From contig JBBINQ010000007.1 of the NCBI GenBank assembly GCA_037443805.1, positions 12,977 through 76,976 on the forward strand: 64,000 bases of DNA, given 5' to 3'. This DNA is from a candidate division WOR-3 bacterium (lineage in GTDB: Bacteria > Hydrothermota > Tepidihabitantia > SM23-42 > JAOAFX01). The notes under the pieces were generated by a model. The model saw only the letters and a list, made by a program, of their open reading frames with translations, did no database searches and was not told where the DNA came from. Positions 9,013 to 18,082 of this stretch are shown one piece after another (positions within the stretch are counted from its first letter, which is position 1; the number at the start of each line of letters is the position of its first letter). The translations under genes and the position numbers were made by a program.

Positions 9013-11279
9013 ATAAAATTAACATTGTAGATTTGCACAAGATAATTGAAGAACAGACGCAATATCTGGATTTTTTAAAAGAACGATACATTGAGTCAGT
9101 GCGTTTTCAGAAAACAATTGCGGATATAAAAGAAGGACTGGCAATATTAAACTGCCCGTCCGAGATAATCAAAAAATTTGAGGAACTGAAGATCTTTTTC
9201 ATCTGGTTGGGTAGCCCAATTACCCAATATAAAGATTATGAATGGGCACTGTATATTGGCCATAAAAAGATGGGATTGCCCATACCCGCAGGTCTAAAAG
9301 AAAAATGTCCCGAATGTATAATTGCGCTGATTGATAATCTGAAACCATACAAGGCAATCTTTGAATTTAATCAAGAATTAAGAAATTATTCATTGTCCAG
9401 CGATATCTTTTTATTAATTCACCAGTCATTTATCAACGCCCGCGTGGAAAACATCTTACCCAGTTTTCTTGTAGATATTGAGCGAATGACATTCAAAAAC
9501 AATACTGAAGCAATGGAAAAGATACCTTCTGTCTATTTTGACTACCTGTCAGAACCCTCTTTATTAAAGATTTTGAAAAAGATTGGAACGATGCTACAGC
9601 GTGATAAAGAGAGAATCACTGAAGAATTGCGGAGCATTGATTTGTATTCAATGCGATTAAAAGAACAGCTTACGGCACTGTATATGGAAACGAACGCCGG
9701 GCTAAAGGATATTCTTGATAACTTAGTAGCCAAAGGCGCAGATATTGAATTAATAACCCAGAAAACTTCAAATCTTTTTTCCCGCCTGGAAAGATTGTTT
9801 CTTGGTAATGTTTATCATCTTAAGGAATATGACCAGCGGCGCGATGAATTGCAAAAATTTCTAAAAGAAGAAGAAGAGTTGAAACTGTTAGTAGAGAATA
9901 GGAGGCTGGATAAGAAAAAGCCGATCAGCGAATTATTCAGAGAAATTTCATTCTGTTATAAATATGGAGATTTAACACCTCAGGAAGAGAAACTATTTGC
10001 AAAAAATATAATGAGTAATTTTGAGGAATTACATAAGCAGAAACACCGAGACCTGCCACTAATCGCAAAATTTGAAAGAAAAGCCTTGTTGGGCGTTGAC
10101 CTTGATATAAATGCAGTAAAAGAAGCCTATCTTTCATTTATAAAAAAAGAATTGATACCGACCCATATGGGTAATTGTCTATATGATATTGTCAATTGTT
10201 TACCTCCAGGTAGTAAAGAATCTAAGAAAGTGATAAAGGACATCGCCAACTTTACATATTTTCAACTTGAAGGAAAAGAGATTTTGAATGTGCGAAAGAA
10301 GAGTACACCCCTGTCCGATGAATTGCAGAAATTCCTTGAGCAGTACCGAAAGACGATTACTGTGCTGGTCTATGATATTCGTGGTTCCTCATATATGGGT
10401 ATTAAATTGCATAATGCATTAAAAGAACAGCGTATAAAATATAAATTTGCCAAAGAAATGGCAACCATCGGTAAAAATTACGGAGGTTTTTTACTAAAAG
10501 ACACTGGTGACGGAGGTATAATCTGGTTTGCTGATAATTCACAGAGTTTATATAACCACCTTTATACAGAATCTACTACAGGTAAAGGAGTTAATTTGCG
10601 TTATTCAATATTTTCTGGCGCAGAATTAGAATTGATACCGGCTGGAGATGCCGCAAAAAGAGCGATCCAGTGTGCAAGGGATATGGTGATTAAGGCAGAG
10701 GAATTCATTCGTGCAAATTTTGTGCATTATCGCGATTGGTTCGCATCGGTTGCGGAAAGGACAATGGAAGTTGATGGTGTCACCTATGCCCTTTTGCCGC
10801 CTGAATTTAAAACGCTCTTTAGAATTGGTGTGGGTATTGCCTCGGGAATACCAGAAAGGGATGTGGTACTGTCAGCAAATTCTTTTGGTGACCCGGATCT
10901 AGTAGGCCCAATCCTTGCTGATGCACATCTTTATTCTATGGAACGCCAGCCCGGGCGTTCTGTAGTAATCTGTGATTTACCTACATTTATCAATTTTATG
11001 CTGAACACAGAAAATTTTGAATTTCCTATTGATGAATCAGTTTTTGAGAAATATTTAAGGATTCTGGATGATGTTCGCAAACTACCCCATGGGTATCTGT
11101 ATCCAGAGCTGAAGATTTCTATAGCACTCAGGGGATTGCATATTCTTGAGGAACTTGATAAGAAGAGGGCATTATCTGAAATGAAATCGGGTAATTTGCT
11201 GATTGATGAACTCGGCAACATCTATAACGAAGATAAGAAAAAGGCAAAACCCTTCTATGAAATCATACCGATACAATGA
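9009..11279 (+). CDS. Large cytoplasmic protein with an about 440 aa helical N-terminal region and a C-terminal CHD-like nucleotidyl-cyclase homology domain (paralog B, probably catalytically degenerate)
   Basis: VLVYDIRGSS, GGFLLKDTGDGGIIWFA, IGVGIASGIPE...GDPDLVGPILADAH and SVVICDLPTFINFML are collinear with paralog A. The Arg of the VNxAxR element is absent. ATGA overlap with the upstream and downstream genes. Confidence 0.6.
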   Translation: MNKINIVDLHKIIEEQTQYLDFLKERYIESVRFQKTIADIKEGLAILNCPSEIIKKFEELKIFFIWLGSPITQYKDYEWALYIGHKKMGLPIPAGLKEKCPECIIALIDNLKPYKAIFEFNQELRNYSLSSDIFLLIHQSFINARVENILPSFLVDIERMTFKNNTEAMEKIPSVYFDYLSEPSLLKILKKIGTMLQRDKERITEELRSIDLYSMRLKEQLTALYMETNAGLKDILDNLVAKGADIELITQKTSNLFSRLERLFLGNVYHLKEYDQRRDELQKFLKEEEELKLLVENRRLDKKKPISELFREISFCYKYGDLTPQEEKLFAKNIMSNFEELHKQKHRDLPLIAKFERKALLGVDLDINAVKEAYLSFIKKELIPTHMGNCLYDIVNCLPPGSKESKKVIKDIANFTYFQLEGKEILNVRKKSTPLSDELQKFLEQYRKTITVLVYDIRGSSYMGIKLHNALKEQRIKYKFAKEMATIGKNYGGFLLKDTGDGGIIWFADNSQSLYNHLYTESTTGKGVNLRYSIFSGAELELIPAGDAAKRAIQCARDMVIKAEEFIRANFVHYRDWFASVAERTMEVDGVTYALLPPEFKTLFRIGVGIASGIPERDVVLSANSFGDPDLVGPILADAHLYSMERQPGRSVVICDLPTFINFMLNTENFEFPIDESVFEKYLRILDDVRKLPHGYLYPELKISIALRGLHILEELDKKRALSEMKSGNLLIDELGNIYNEDKKKAKPFYEIIPIQ

Positions 11280-12667
11280 AAGTTCTACTTTATCATCCTG
11301 TTTCCAAGCATAAAAATCGTTTAATTGATTATTTAAAGAAATTGAATCTTGAAGTTTTTACGGTATTAAAATCTTCTGCAATAGTGCCAGCAATCAAAAG
11401 ACAAAATATTGATATTATAATAATTCACTTTGATGCAGATAAAGCAATTGCAAACATTGAGAAATCAAAATTTGCGATACCTGTTATCCTCATCGCCTCT
11501 GCCCAGGATAAGATTAATTATGAGAGATTGATTATTCCTGATACGGTCGGTATTATTAGACCACCGTATACATTATCTAATTTAAAGAAAGTTATACAAA
11601 AGGCAATTAAGAAGCGCGAAGAGAATATTTTTAATTTGAAAACAGTTGAGTCGTTAAAAAGAAAAGTAAAAGAAATGGAGACCCTTAATGAGATTGTCAG
11701 GGCAATAAATTCTTCCTTGCGGCCCAAGGAGATTTTAAAAATTATTATGGAGAAGACTGCTGATTTTGTCAAAGCAGAAGGTTGGTCTATCCTTCTGCTT
11801 GATAAAGAGAAACAAGAATTGGTATTTGAGGCGGCGGCTGGTGAGGCGGGTCAGAAATTGATCGGGATTAGATTAAAAATCAATCAGGGGGTTGCGGGTT
11901 GGGTTGCACGCACTGGCAAGCCCTTAATTGTTGAAGATGTGACAAAAGACCCGAGGTTTTATGATGGGGTTGATAAAAAGACAAAATTTATAACAAAGTC
12001 TATTCTCTGTGTACCAATGAAAAGTGGCAATGAAATCCTTGGTGTGGTTGAAGTTGTCAATAAAGTTGGAGGCGAACCATTTACCAAAGATGATTTAGAG
12101 ATCTTTGAAAATCTGGTTCAGCACATAACCATTGCCCTGCGCAATGCCCAGCTCTATAATAAAATGGAAGAGACGAGCATTACCGATGATTTAACAAAAT
12201 TATATAATACACGTTACTGCAATCACATTCTTGATGAATTTATTAGAGAAAGGCTCGCTACCCGGGCAAAGATTTCATTGATATTCTTTGATGTGGACTT
12301 TTTTAAACTGGTTGATGATAATTATGGGCATCTGGTTGGAAGTGAGACCCTGCGCTTGATTGGTGAAAGGGCAAAGGCAGTGATCAGGGATAAAGATATT
12401 GCGGTGCGCTATGGTGGAGATGAGTATATAATTGTCTTGCCGGATACGGACAAACCTACTGCCGCAGTTATTGCTGAAAGGATAAGAAAAGCGATTGAAG
12501 AAAAACCATTTCCTGCACAGGATGGCAAAAGTTTCAATGTAACAGTTACCCTTGGCGTTGCTACCTTTCCTGAAGATGCACTTTCGCGTGATGATTTGAT
12601 TGGTCGCGCAGATAAGGCAATGTACGAAGGTAAGATGACGGGTCGGAACAGGGTCGTTGTTGTCTGA
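11276..12667 (+). CDS. Diguanylate cyclase with an N-terminal REC-like (probable pseudo-receiver) domain, a GAF domain and a C-terminal GGDEF domain (GGDEY variant, I-site RxxD present)
   Basis: REC-like N-terminus lacks the acidic pocket (KVLLYHPVSKH; IIIIHFDAD). GAF region has ...VAGWVARTGKPLIVEDV.... GGDEF region has DDLTKLYNTRY...RDKDIAVRYGGDEYIIVLPDT. Confidence 0.8.
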   Translation: MKVLLYHPVSKHKNRLIDYLKKLNLEVFTVLKSSAIVPAIKRQNIDIIIIHFDADKAIANIEKSKFAIPVILIASAQDKINYERLIIPDTVGIIRPPYTLSNLKKVIQKAIKKREENIFNLKTVESLKRKVKEMETLNEIVRAINSSLRPKEILKIIMEKTADFVKAEGWSILLLDKEKQELVFEAAAGEAGQKLIGIRLKINQGVAGWVARTGKPLIVEDVTKDPRFYDGVDKKTKFITKSILCVPMKSGNEILGVVEVVNKVGGEPFTKDDLEIFENLVQHITIALRNAQLYNKMEETSITDDLTKLYNTRYCNHILDEFIRERLATRAKISLIFFDVDFFKLVDDNYGHLVGSETLRLIGERAKAVIRDKDIAVRYGGDEYIIVLPDTDKPTAAVIAERIRKAIEEKPFPAQDGKSFNVTVTLGVATFPEDALSRDDLIGRADKAMYEGKMTGRNRVVVV

Positions 12668-12678
12668 TGGTTGGGGTA

Positions 12679-12706
12679 TTGACAATGTGCTTAAAATTAA
12701 TATAAT
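12679..12706 (+). promoter_or_regulatory. Sigma-70 type promoter TTGACA-16-TATAAT ending 5 nt before the rpsP ATG (leaderless)
   Basis: ttgaca at 12679-12684, tataat at 12701-12706, ATG at 12712. No Shine-Dalgarno sequence. Confidence 0.5.
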
Positions 12707-12711
12707 ATTAT

Positions 12712-12951
12712 ATGGTTAGAATTCGCTTAAGGCGTATGGGTAAACATAAGAGTCCTTTTTATCGGATTGTGGCAATAGATTCAAAAAAGGCAAGGGATGG
12801 TGAATACATAGAGAACCTTGGTCATTACGATCCCATTAAGAAGAATTTGCAATTAAAAAGGGATCGCATTGAATACTGGCTTTCTCAGGGAGCTAAGCCT
12901 ACCAATACGGTGGCTAAATTAATTGCAAAAGAAAAAGGAGGTTCATCATGA
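12712..12951 (+). CDS. rpsP: 30S ribosomal protein S16
   Basis: [30 protein letters not shown] is the canonical S16 N-terminus. Confidence 0.9.
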   Translation: MVRIRLRRMGKHKSPFYRIVAIDSKKARDGEYIENLGHYDPIKKNLQLKRDRIEYWLSQGAKPTNTVAKLIAKEKGGSS

Positions 12952-13178
12952 AGGAGCTTATCGAATATATCGTAAAAGGGCTTGTGGATAATCCCGATAA
13001 AGTAAATATTAAAGAGGTCGCTGGCGAAAAGAGCATCATATATGAACTTAGAGTCGGCGAAGGTGATCTTGGTAAGGTAATTGGTAAAGAAGGAAGAACC
13101 GCAAAGGCGATTCGCACAATCATTACCGCGGCTGCAATGAAACAAGGAAAACGCGCGGTATTAGAAATAATCGAATAA
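12948..13178 (+). CDS. KH-domain RNA-binding protein (YlqC/UPF0109 family)
   Basis: 76 aa with the [19 protein letters not shown] motif. Canonical position after rpsP. Confidence 0.8.
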   Translation: MKELIEYIVKGLVDNPDKVNIKEVAGEKSIIYELRVGEGDLGKVIGKEGRTAKAIRTIITAAAMKQGKRAVLEIIE

Positions 13179-13210
13179 TGAATCTTGACATCTCTTGCCT
13201 TTTTTTTAAG

Positions 13211-13261
13211 AAAGGGTATCAGGGGAAAAAAGAATCCCCTTGATACCCTTTTCTGTATTTT
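13211..13261 (+). terminator. Rho-independent terminator/attenuator hairpin between the KH-domain gene and trmD
   Basis: aagggtatcagggg aaaaaagaat ccccttgataccctt forms a 13 bp stem with a 1 nt bulge. It is followed by ttctgtatttt. Confidence 0.5.
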
Positions 13262-13278
13262 AATTCACCACTCATTCA

Positions 13279-14010
13279 ATGTCCTTGCATTTTAACATCA
13301 TCTCCTTATTCCCTGAATATTTTAAAGGTCCATTATCCTGTGGTACACTGAGGATTGCCCAGGATAACGGTGCAATTAAAGTTAATATTATCAATCCCAG
13401 GGACTTTGTAAAAGACCGTATCGTGGATGACTATCAGTTTGGCGGTGGTGCAGGGATGGTTTTGAAATTAGAACCATTATTAAAGGCAATTAACGCAATA
13501 AAGAATAATGATTCATTGATAATAAATTTTACACCCACGGGTAAAGTGCTCAATCAAAAATTAATTAAAGAACTGCAAAAAAATAATAACATCATCCTCG
13601 TGTGTGGACGGTATAAGGGTATTGATGAAAGGCTTGGTAATTTTTTGTCCATAAAAGATATTTCTGTGGGCGACTATGTTTTATCAGGTGGTGAAACAGC
13701 AGCAATAATTTTAATAGAGGCGATAAGCAGATTATTACCCGGTGTCCTGGGCCATATTGATTCAGCTGAAGAGGATTCTTTACAGAACGGTTTATTATCT
13801 GCGCCGGTCTATACCCGTCCAGCAAATTTTAAAAATCATTCAGTTCCAGAAATTTTGCTCAGCGGCAATCACCAGGCGATTGCACGCTGGCGAAGAAAAG
13901 AAGCAATAAAAAGAACACTAAAAGAAAGGCCTGATCTTTTATCTGATGTGCTTTTTTCTAAAGAGGACCTGGAGATATTAACGGAGGTGCTAAATGGCAA
14001 AAAATCCTGA
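13279..14010 (+). CDS. trmD: tRNA (guanine37-N1)-methyltransferase
   Basis: [15 protein letters not shown] start. SPOUT-fold motifs ([20 protein letters not shown]). Confidence 0.9.
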   Translation: MSLHFNIISLFPEYFKGPLSCGTLRIAQDNGAIKVNIINPRDFVKDRIVDDYQFGGGAGMVLKLEPLLKAINAIKNNDSLIINFTPTGKVLNQKLIKELQKNNNIILVCGRYKGIDERLGNFLSIKDISVGDYVLSGGETAAIILIEAISRLLPGVLGHIDSAEEDSLQNGLLSAPVYTRPANFKNHSVPEILLSGNHQAIARWRRKEAIKRTLKERPDLLSDVLFSKEDLEILTEVLNGKKS

Positions 14011-14356
14011 ATTCAAACCTGGAGATTTAATAAAGGTATATGTAAAGGTTATTGAAGGTGATAAAACAAGACTCTCACCTTTTCAAGGTGTGGTTGTGCA
14101 AATAAAAGGGAGTGGTAATAATAAAACTTTTATTGTGCGCAAGGTATCTGCCGGTATTGGTGTAGAAAGAATCTTCCCTTTAAATTCACCAATGATTGCT
14201 CGTATTGAGGTGAAGAAAAGGGGTAAGGTGCGCAGGGCAAAATTGACCTATCTGAGAAACAAGAAAGTTAAAAAACTAAAAAATCAAGAAATTACTGCTC
14301 CAAAAGAAGAGGCTGGAGAGAAGACAGAAGAAAAGAAAGTTGAAGGCACTAATTGA
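13994..14356 (+). CDS. rplS: 50S ribosomal protein L19
   Basis: [33 protein letters not shown]...RIFPLNSP matches L19. Confidence 0.9.
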   Translation: MAKNPEFKPGDLIKVYVKVIEGDKTRLSPFQGVVVQIKGSGNNKTFIVRKVSAGIGVERIFPLNSPMIARIEVKKRGKVRRAKLTYLRNKKVKKLKNQEITAPKEEAGEKTEEKKVEGTN

Positions 14357-14939
14357 CCATAAATTCTGGCAGAAATTCAATTTTATTGCAGGTTGCGATG
14401 AGGCAGGTAGAGGACCGCTTGCCGGACCAGTAGTTGCTGCAGCGGTCATCTTGCCTAAAAATTTCTATCATCCTGAAATTGATGATTCAAAAAAACTTTC
14501 CGCAGCAAAAAGGGAAGTATTATTCAAAGTTATTCAAAATTCAGCAGTGAGTTATGCCTTTGGGATTGTTGCTCCAGAGGTGATTGATAAAATAAACATT
14601 CTTGAGGCGACAAAATTAGCAATGGCACAAGCAATCAATGGATTATCGCAAAACCCGGAAATTGTTCTTATTGATGCGGTAAAGATTGATAATCTACCAT
14701 ACGAACAATTCCCAATCATTAAAGGTGACACACTTAGCATCAATATTGCCTCAGCCTCAATTCTGGCAAAAGTAAAAAGGGATTCAATAATGCTTGAATA
14801 TCATAGAGAATTTCCAATGTATGGGTTTGATAAACATAAAGGTTATCCTACAGATTATCATCGCGCCTGTATTAAAAAATATGGTCCCTGTCCTATTCAT
14901 AGGAAATCATTCCGTCTGATTGGAGCAAAAGAATGTTGA
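14340..14939 (+). CDS. rnhB: Ribonuclease HII
   Basis: [23 protein letters not shown] catalytic motif. TTG start overlapping the rplS end. Confidence 0.85.
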   Translation: MKALIDHKFWQKFNFIAGCDEAGRGPLAGPVVAAAVILPKNFYHPEIDDSKKLSAAKREVLFKVIQNSAVSYAFGIVAPEVIDKINILEATKLAMAQAINGLSQNPEIVLIDAVKIDNLPYEQFPIIKGDTLSINIASASILAKVKRDSIMLEYHREFPMYGFDKHKGYPTDYHRACIKKYGPCPIHRKSFRLIGAKEC

Positions 14940-15289
14940 ATAAAATTCAGCTTGGTAAAAGGGGTGAAGAACTTGCACGAAATTTTTTTAAGAAGCAGGC
15001 GTTTAATATTGTAGACCATAACTTTCGTTGCCGTTACGGAGAAATTGATTTAATTTTAAGGAAGGACCGTTCTTTTCATTTTGTTGAAGTGAAATACCGG
15101 CGTAGTCTTGAATATGGATTGCCCCAGGAATCAGTAATTAAAAGAAAACAGCATAAGATTCACCGTGCGGCATTATGCTGGTTAAAAAAAAGGCACCTCG
15201 CAATGGATAGTGAAATACATTTTGATGTTCTGGCAATTAGTCAGGATGATAAAGGAACTAAATATGAATATATTGCAGATGCCTTTTAG
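14933..15289 (+). CDS. yraN: YraN-family (UPF0102) endonuclease
   Basis: 118 aa with GEIDLIL...HFVEVKYR motif. Canonical rnhB-yraN adjacency. Confidence 0.75.
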   Translation: MLNKIQLGKRGEELARNFFKKQAFNIVDHNFRCRYGEIDLILRKDRSFHFVEVKYRRSLEYGLPQESVIKRKQHKIHRAALCWLKKRHLAMDSEIHFDVLAISQDDKGTKYEYIADAF

Positions 15290-15303
15290 AATTACCCGTC
15301 TTG

Positions 15304-15377
15304 GCGCCTGTAGCTCAGGTGGATAGAGCGGCGGGCTTCGAACCCGCAGGCCGGGGGTTCAAATCCCTCCAGGCGCG
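15304..15377 (+). tRNA. tRNA-Arg (anticodon TCG)
   Basis: Cloverleaf by eye. Acceptor stem GCGCCTG/CAGGCGC, D-stem GCTC/GAGC, anticodon stem GCGGG/CCCGC with loop CTTCGAA, T-arm GGGGG TTCAAAT CCCTC. No encoded CCA. Confidence 0.85.
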
Positions 15378-15570
15378 TGTCCTTTTCCCCCTTGACTTTG
15401 TTTATTTCACTGATATAATTCAATATTAAAGATATTATGGCTGGTTACAATAAAAAGACTGTACAGCAATATATGTTAAAAATTTCTAAGCAGTTAGAAT
15501 TAGTTTTTATTATCTTGGTCATATTATAAAATAATAGTTATGAATAAAATTTTCTAAAAGGAGGTTTAAA

Positions 15571-16203
15571 ATGATTGAAGGAATGGAAAAGACCTTGAAC
15601 CCTGGTGAAATGCTTTTCAATGAAGGGGATAAGGGTGATGTAATGTACTTAATCAAAGAAGGACAGATTAAGATAACCAAAGGTAAAGGACCTGATGAGA
15701 AAGTGCTGGCAGTTTTGAAAGAGGGCGATTTTTTTGGCGAAATGGCAATCATTGATGGTTCACCCCGTTCTGCAACTGCTACCGCAATTTCAAAAACCTC
15801 TTTATTGATTATAGATAAAGAGACTTTCAAATCCAAGATTCGGGAGAATCCGCTCATTGAATATATCCTTGAGACCCTTACCAAAAGGCTGCGCAATGCA
15901 GATGAGCAGATAAAACTTTTAACGATCAAAAGTGAAGAAAGGCGTGTGGTTGCTTATATAATTACTAAAGCAAAGGAGATCGGTAAGAGCACGGCTGAAG
16001 GTATTGAAATTACCCCTTTTTCTTTTGAGAGTATGGCGGTTACCACAGGCATTGAGTTGAGTAAAGTAAAGGATTATGTTGATAAATTATGCCAGGTTAA
16101 ACTCGTGGGTTTGAAAAACAATAGTCTTGTTATAAAAGGGATCGAAGACCTTGATGATTATCTGCGTTATATTGCCCTCAAAGAGAAATTTGAAAAACTA
16201 TAA
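15571..16203 (+). CDS. Crp/Fnr-family transcriptional regulator (cNMP-binding domain plus C-terminal HTH)
   Basis: cNMP-binding signature GDFFGEMAIIDGSPRSATA. C-terminal region (RVVAYII...ESMAVTTGIELSKVKDYVDKLCQVKLV) fits a Crp-type HTH. SD aaaggagg upstream. Confidence 0.75.
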   Translation: MIEGMEKTLNPGEMLFNEGDKGDVMYLIKEGQIKITKGKGPDEKVLAVLKEGDFFGEMAIIDGSPRSATATAISKTSLLIIDKETFKSKIRENPLIEYILETLTKRLRNADEQIKLLTIKSEERRVVAYIITKAKEIGKSTAEGIEITPFSFESMAVTTGIELSKVKDYVDKLCQVKLVGLKNNSLVIKGIEDLDDYLRYIALKEKFEKL

Positions 16204-16209
16204 TCAGTA

Positions 16210-17280
16210 ATGGCACCAATCACGCTATTAGACCAAAAAGAAAAAGAAGAGGAATTAAAGCGTCTACAGAATTTGCTGAGTTCAAATGAAATATTGAAGA
16301 ATCCAAAAGAATACGCAAATATATCCCGCCAGTATAAAAAAATTCAGCAATTGCTTGAAAAATATGCTGAATATAATCGCATTATTAGAGAAATAGAAGA
16401 TTTGGATGAATTATTAAAAGTGGATAACCCCGAGTTGAGAGAAATGGCGGAGATAGAATTAGAAGATTTGAAAAGTAAACTGAAAAACATTGAGCAGGAA
16501 ATAGATAACTTTTTGAATCCATTCTATGAGGAGTATCAAAAAAATTGTATTATAGAGATACGTGCTGGTGCTGGCGGCAATGAAGCAGCATTATTTGCCG
16601 CTGATGTTTTCCGAATGTATACAAAATTTATAGAAAAAAAGCGAATGAAATACGAAGTGCTCTCATCACACCCGAGTGATCTGGGTGGTTATAAAGAGAT
16701 TATTTTTCTCGTCTCCGGAGAGAACGCCTATGGGACATTCCGATTTGAAAGTGGTGTACACAGAGTCCAGCGAGTTCCGGTAACCGAAGCGAGCGGTCGC
16801 ATTCATACTTCAACTATCACGGTTGCAGTATTACCGGAAATAGAAGAATCGCAAATAGAAATCTCTGCTGATGACTTGAAAATTGATACATTTCGTGCTG
16901 GAGGACACGGTGGTCAGAATGTAAACAAAGTTTCCTCAGCAGTAAGAATCACGCATATTCCAACGGGCATAGTTGTTGCCTGTCAGGACGAGAGGTCACA
17001 ATATCAGAATCGGGAAAAGGCAATGAAAATTCTCCGTGCGAGGTTACATGCAATTGAATCGGAGAAAAAATCCCGGGAGATTGAAGACCAAAGACGGCGT
17101 CAGATTGGAACCGGCGAGAGAAGCGAAAAAGTCAGAACTTACAATTTTCCCCAGAATCGTGTTACTGATCATCGTATCGGAATGAGTTTTTATAACCTGC
17201 AAAATATTCTTAATGGTGAATTTGATGAGATAGTAGAGGCACTGGTTAAATATGAAAAGAGTGGTAAAGGAACTCAGTAA
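16210..17280 (+). CDS. prfA: Peptide chain release factor 1
   Basis: GGQ motif ([11 protein letters not shown]). PVT tripeptide ([14 protein letters not shown]) indicates RF1 rather than RF2. Confidence 0.9.
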   Translation: MAPITLLDQKEKEEELKRLQNLLSSNEILKNPKEYANISRQYKKIQQLLEKYAEYNRIIREIEDLDELLKVDNPELREMAEIELEDLKSKLKNIEQEIDNFLNPFYEEYQKNCIIEIRAGAGGNEAALFAADVFRMYTKFIEKKRMKYEVLSSHPSDLGGYKEIIFLVSGENAYGTFRFESGVHRVQRVPVTEASGRIHTSTITVAVLPEIEESQIEISADDLKIDTFRAGGHGGQNVNKVSSAVRITHIPTGIVVACQDERSQYQNREKAMKILRARLHAIESEKKSREIEDQRRRQIGTGERSEKVRTYNFPQNRVTDHRIGMSFYNLQNILNGEFDEIVEALVKYEKSGKGTQ

Positions 17281-18082
17281 AGAATTTAATTTAGATATTG
17301 CAGAGACCGAATTGATTGTTTCGGCATTGCTGAATAAACCGCGGTTTGAATTGTATTTGAATGGCAATATTGATCAAAGGCTTGCCGAAATTTTGCGGCT
17401 GAGATTAATACAGTTAAAAAATGGTGTGCCGATTGAATATATTACAAAACAGGTTCAATTTCTTAAGTATAATTTGCGCATCTATCCCGGAGTATTTATT
17501 CCCCGTCTGGAAACTGAATATTTTGTAGAATTGATTGCGGGACTCGTTGATTTTAAACCCATACGAATTTGTGAAATTGGTACGGGCAGCGGGGCGATTG
17601 CGATTGCCCTTGCTGATTTTTTTTCTGAGGCAGAAATAATTGCCACTGATATCTGTGCCTTAGCCATAAAAAATGCGCAAGAGAACATCTCAATGGTAAA
17701 TTTAACGAAAAGGATTAAATTATTGAGGGCAGATCTTTTCACATCTTTTTCTTATGGTATCTTAGACCTGATTGTGTGCAATCCTCCCTATATACCTACA
17801 GAAAGGATAAATTATCTTCCTAAAAGTGTGCGTGATTTTGAGCCGAGAAGAGCAATAGATGGTGGATTTGCAGGTATAGAATTTATAAAAAAGATAATTG
17901 AGCAGGCGCCCGCATATTTGCAGAAAAAAAGATTTGGTATCGCCCTTGAGATTGACGAAGATGGAGTTGATAGATTAGATGCTTATCTTAAAGATAAATT
18001 TGGGCGATACTTTTTCCGCAGGGATTTATTCGGAAGAGTGCGTTATCTTTTTATCGGAGATTTTCACAGCAAGGGGATTTAG
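17252..18082 (+). CDS. prmC: Release factor glutamine N5-methyltransferase
   Basis: NPPY motif (IVCNPPYIP). SAM motif [13 protein letters not shown]. Follows prfA. Confidence 0.85.
   Translation: MKRVVKELSKEFNLDIAETELIVSALLNKPRFELYLNGNIDQRLAEILRLRLIQLKNGVPIEYITKQVQFLKYNLRIYPGVFIPRLETEYFVELIAGLVDFKPIRICEIGTGSGAIAIALADFFSEAEIIATDICALAIKNAQENISMVNLTKRIKLLRADLFTSFSYGILDLIVCNPPYIPTERINYLPKSVRDFEPRRAIDGGFAGIEFIKKIIEQAPAYLQKKRFGIALEIDEDGVDRLDAYLKDKFGRYFFRRDLFGRVRYLFIGDFHSKGI

Noticed and set aside
8000-11000. Alternative reading of the KDTGDGGII motif as a DisA_N diadenylate-cyclase (DGA) or mCpol/GGDEF palm
   Set aside because: No RHR motif and no GGDD/GGDEF. Four collinear blocks match the class III cyclase order instead. 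This still needs HMM confirmation.
6592-16203. Pycsar-like or CBASS-like anti-phage signalling (cyclase plus cNMP-binding effector)
   Set aside because: The cNMP-binding protein is a Crp-type transcription factor with an HTH. It has no TM or TIR effector domain and lies 3 kb away behind housekeeping genes. The cyclase-like proteins are 750-800 aa with long N-terminal domains, unlike the compact PycC or CD-NTase enzymes. The neighbours are ruvX-mltG and ribosomal genes, not a defence island.
16210-17280. Programmed +1 frameshift as in prfB
   Set aside because: The gene is RF1 (PVT motif, single uninterrupted frame). No internal CUU-UGA shift site is needed.
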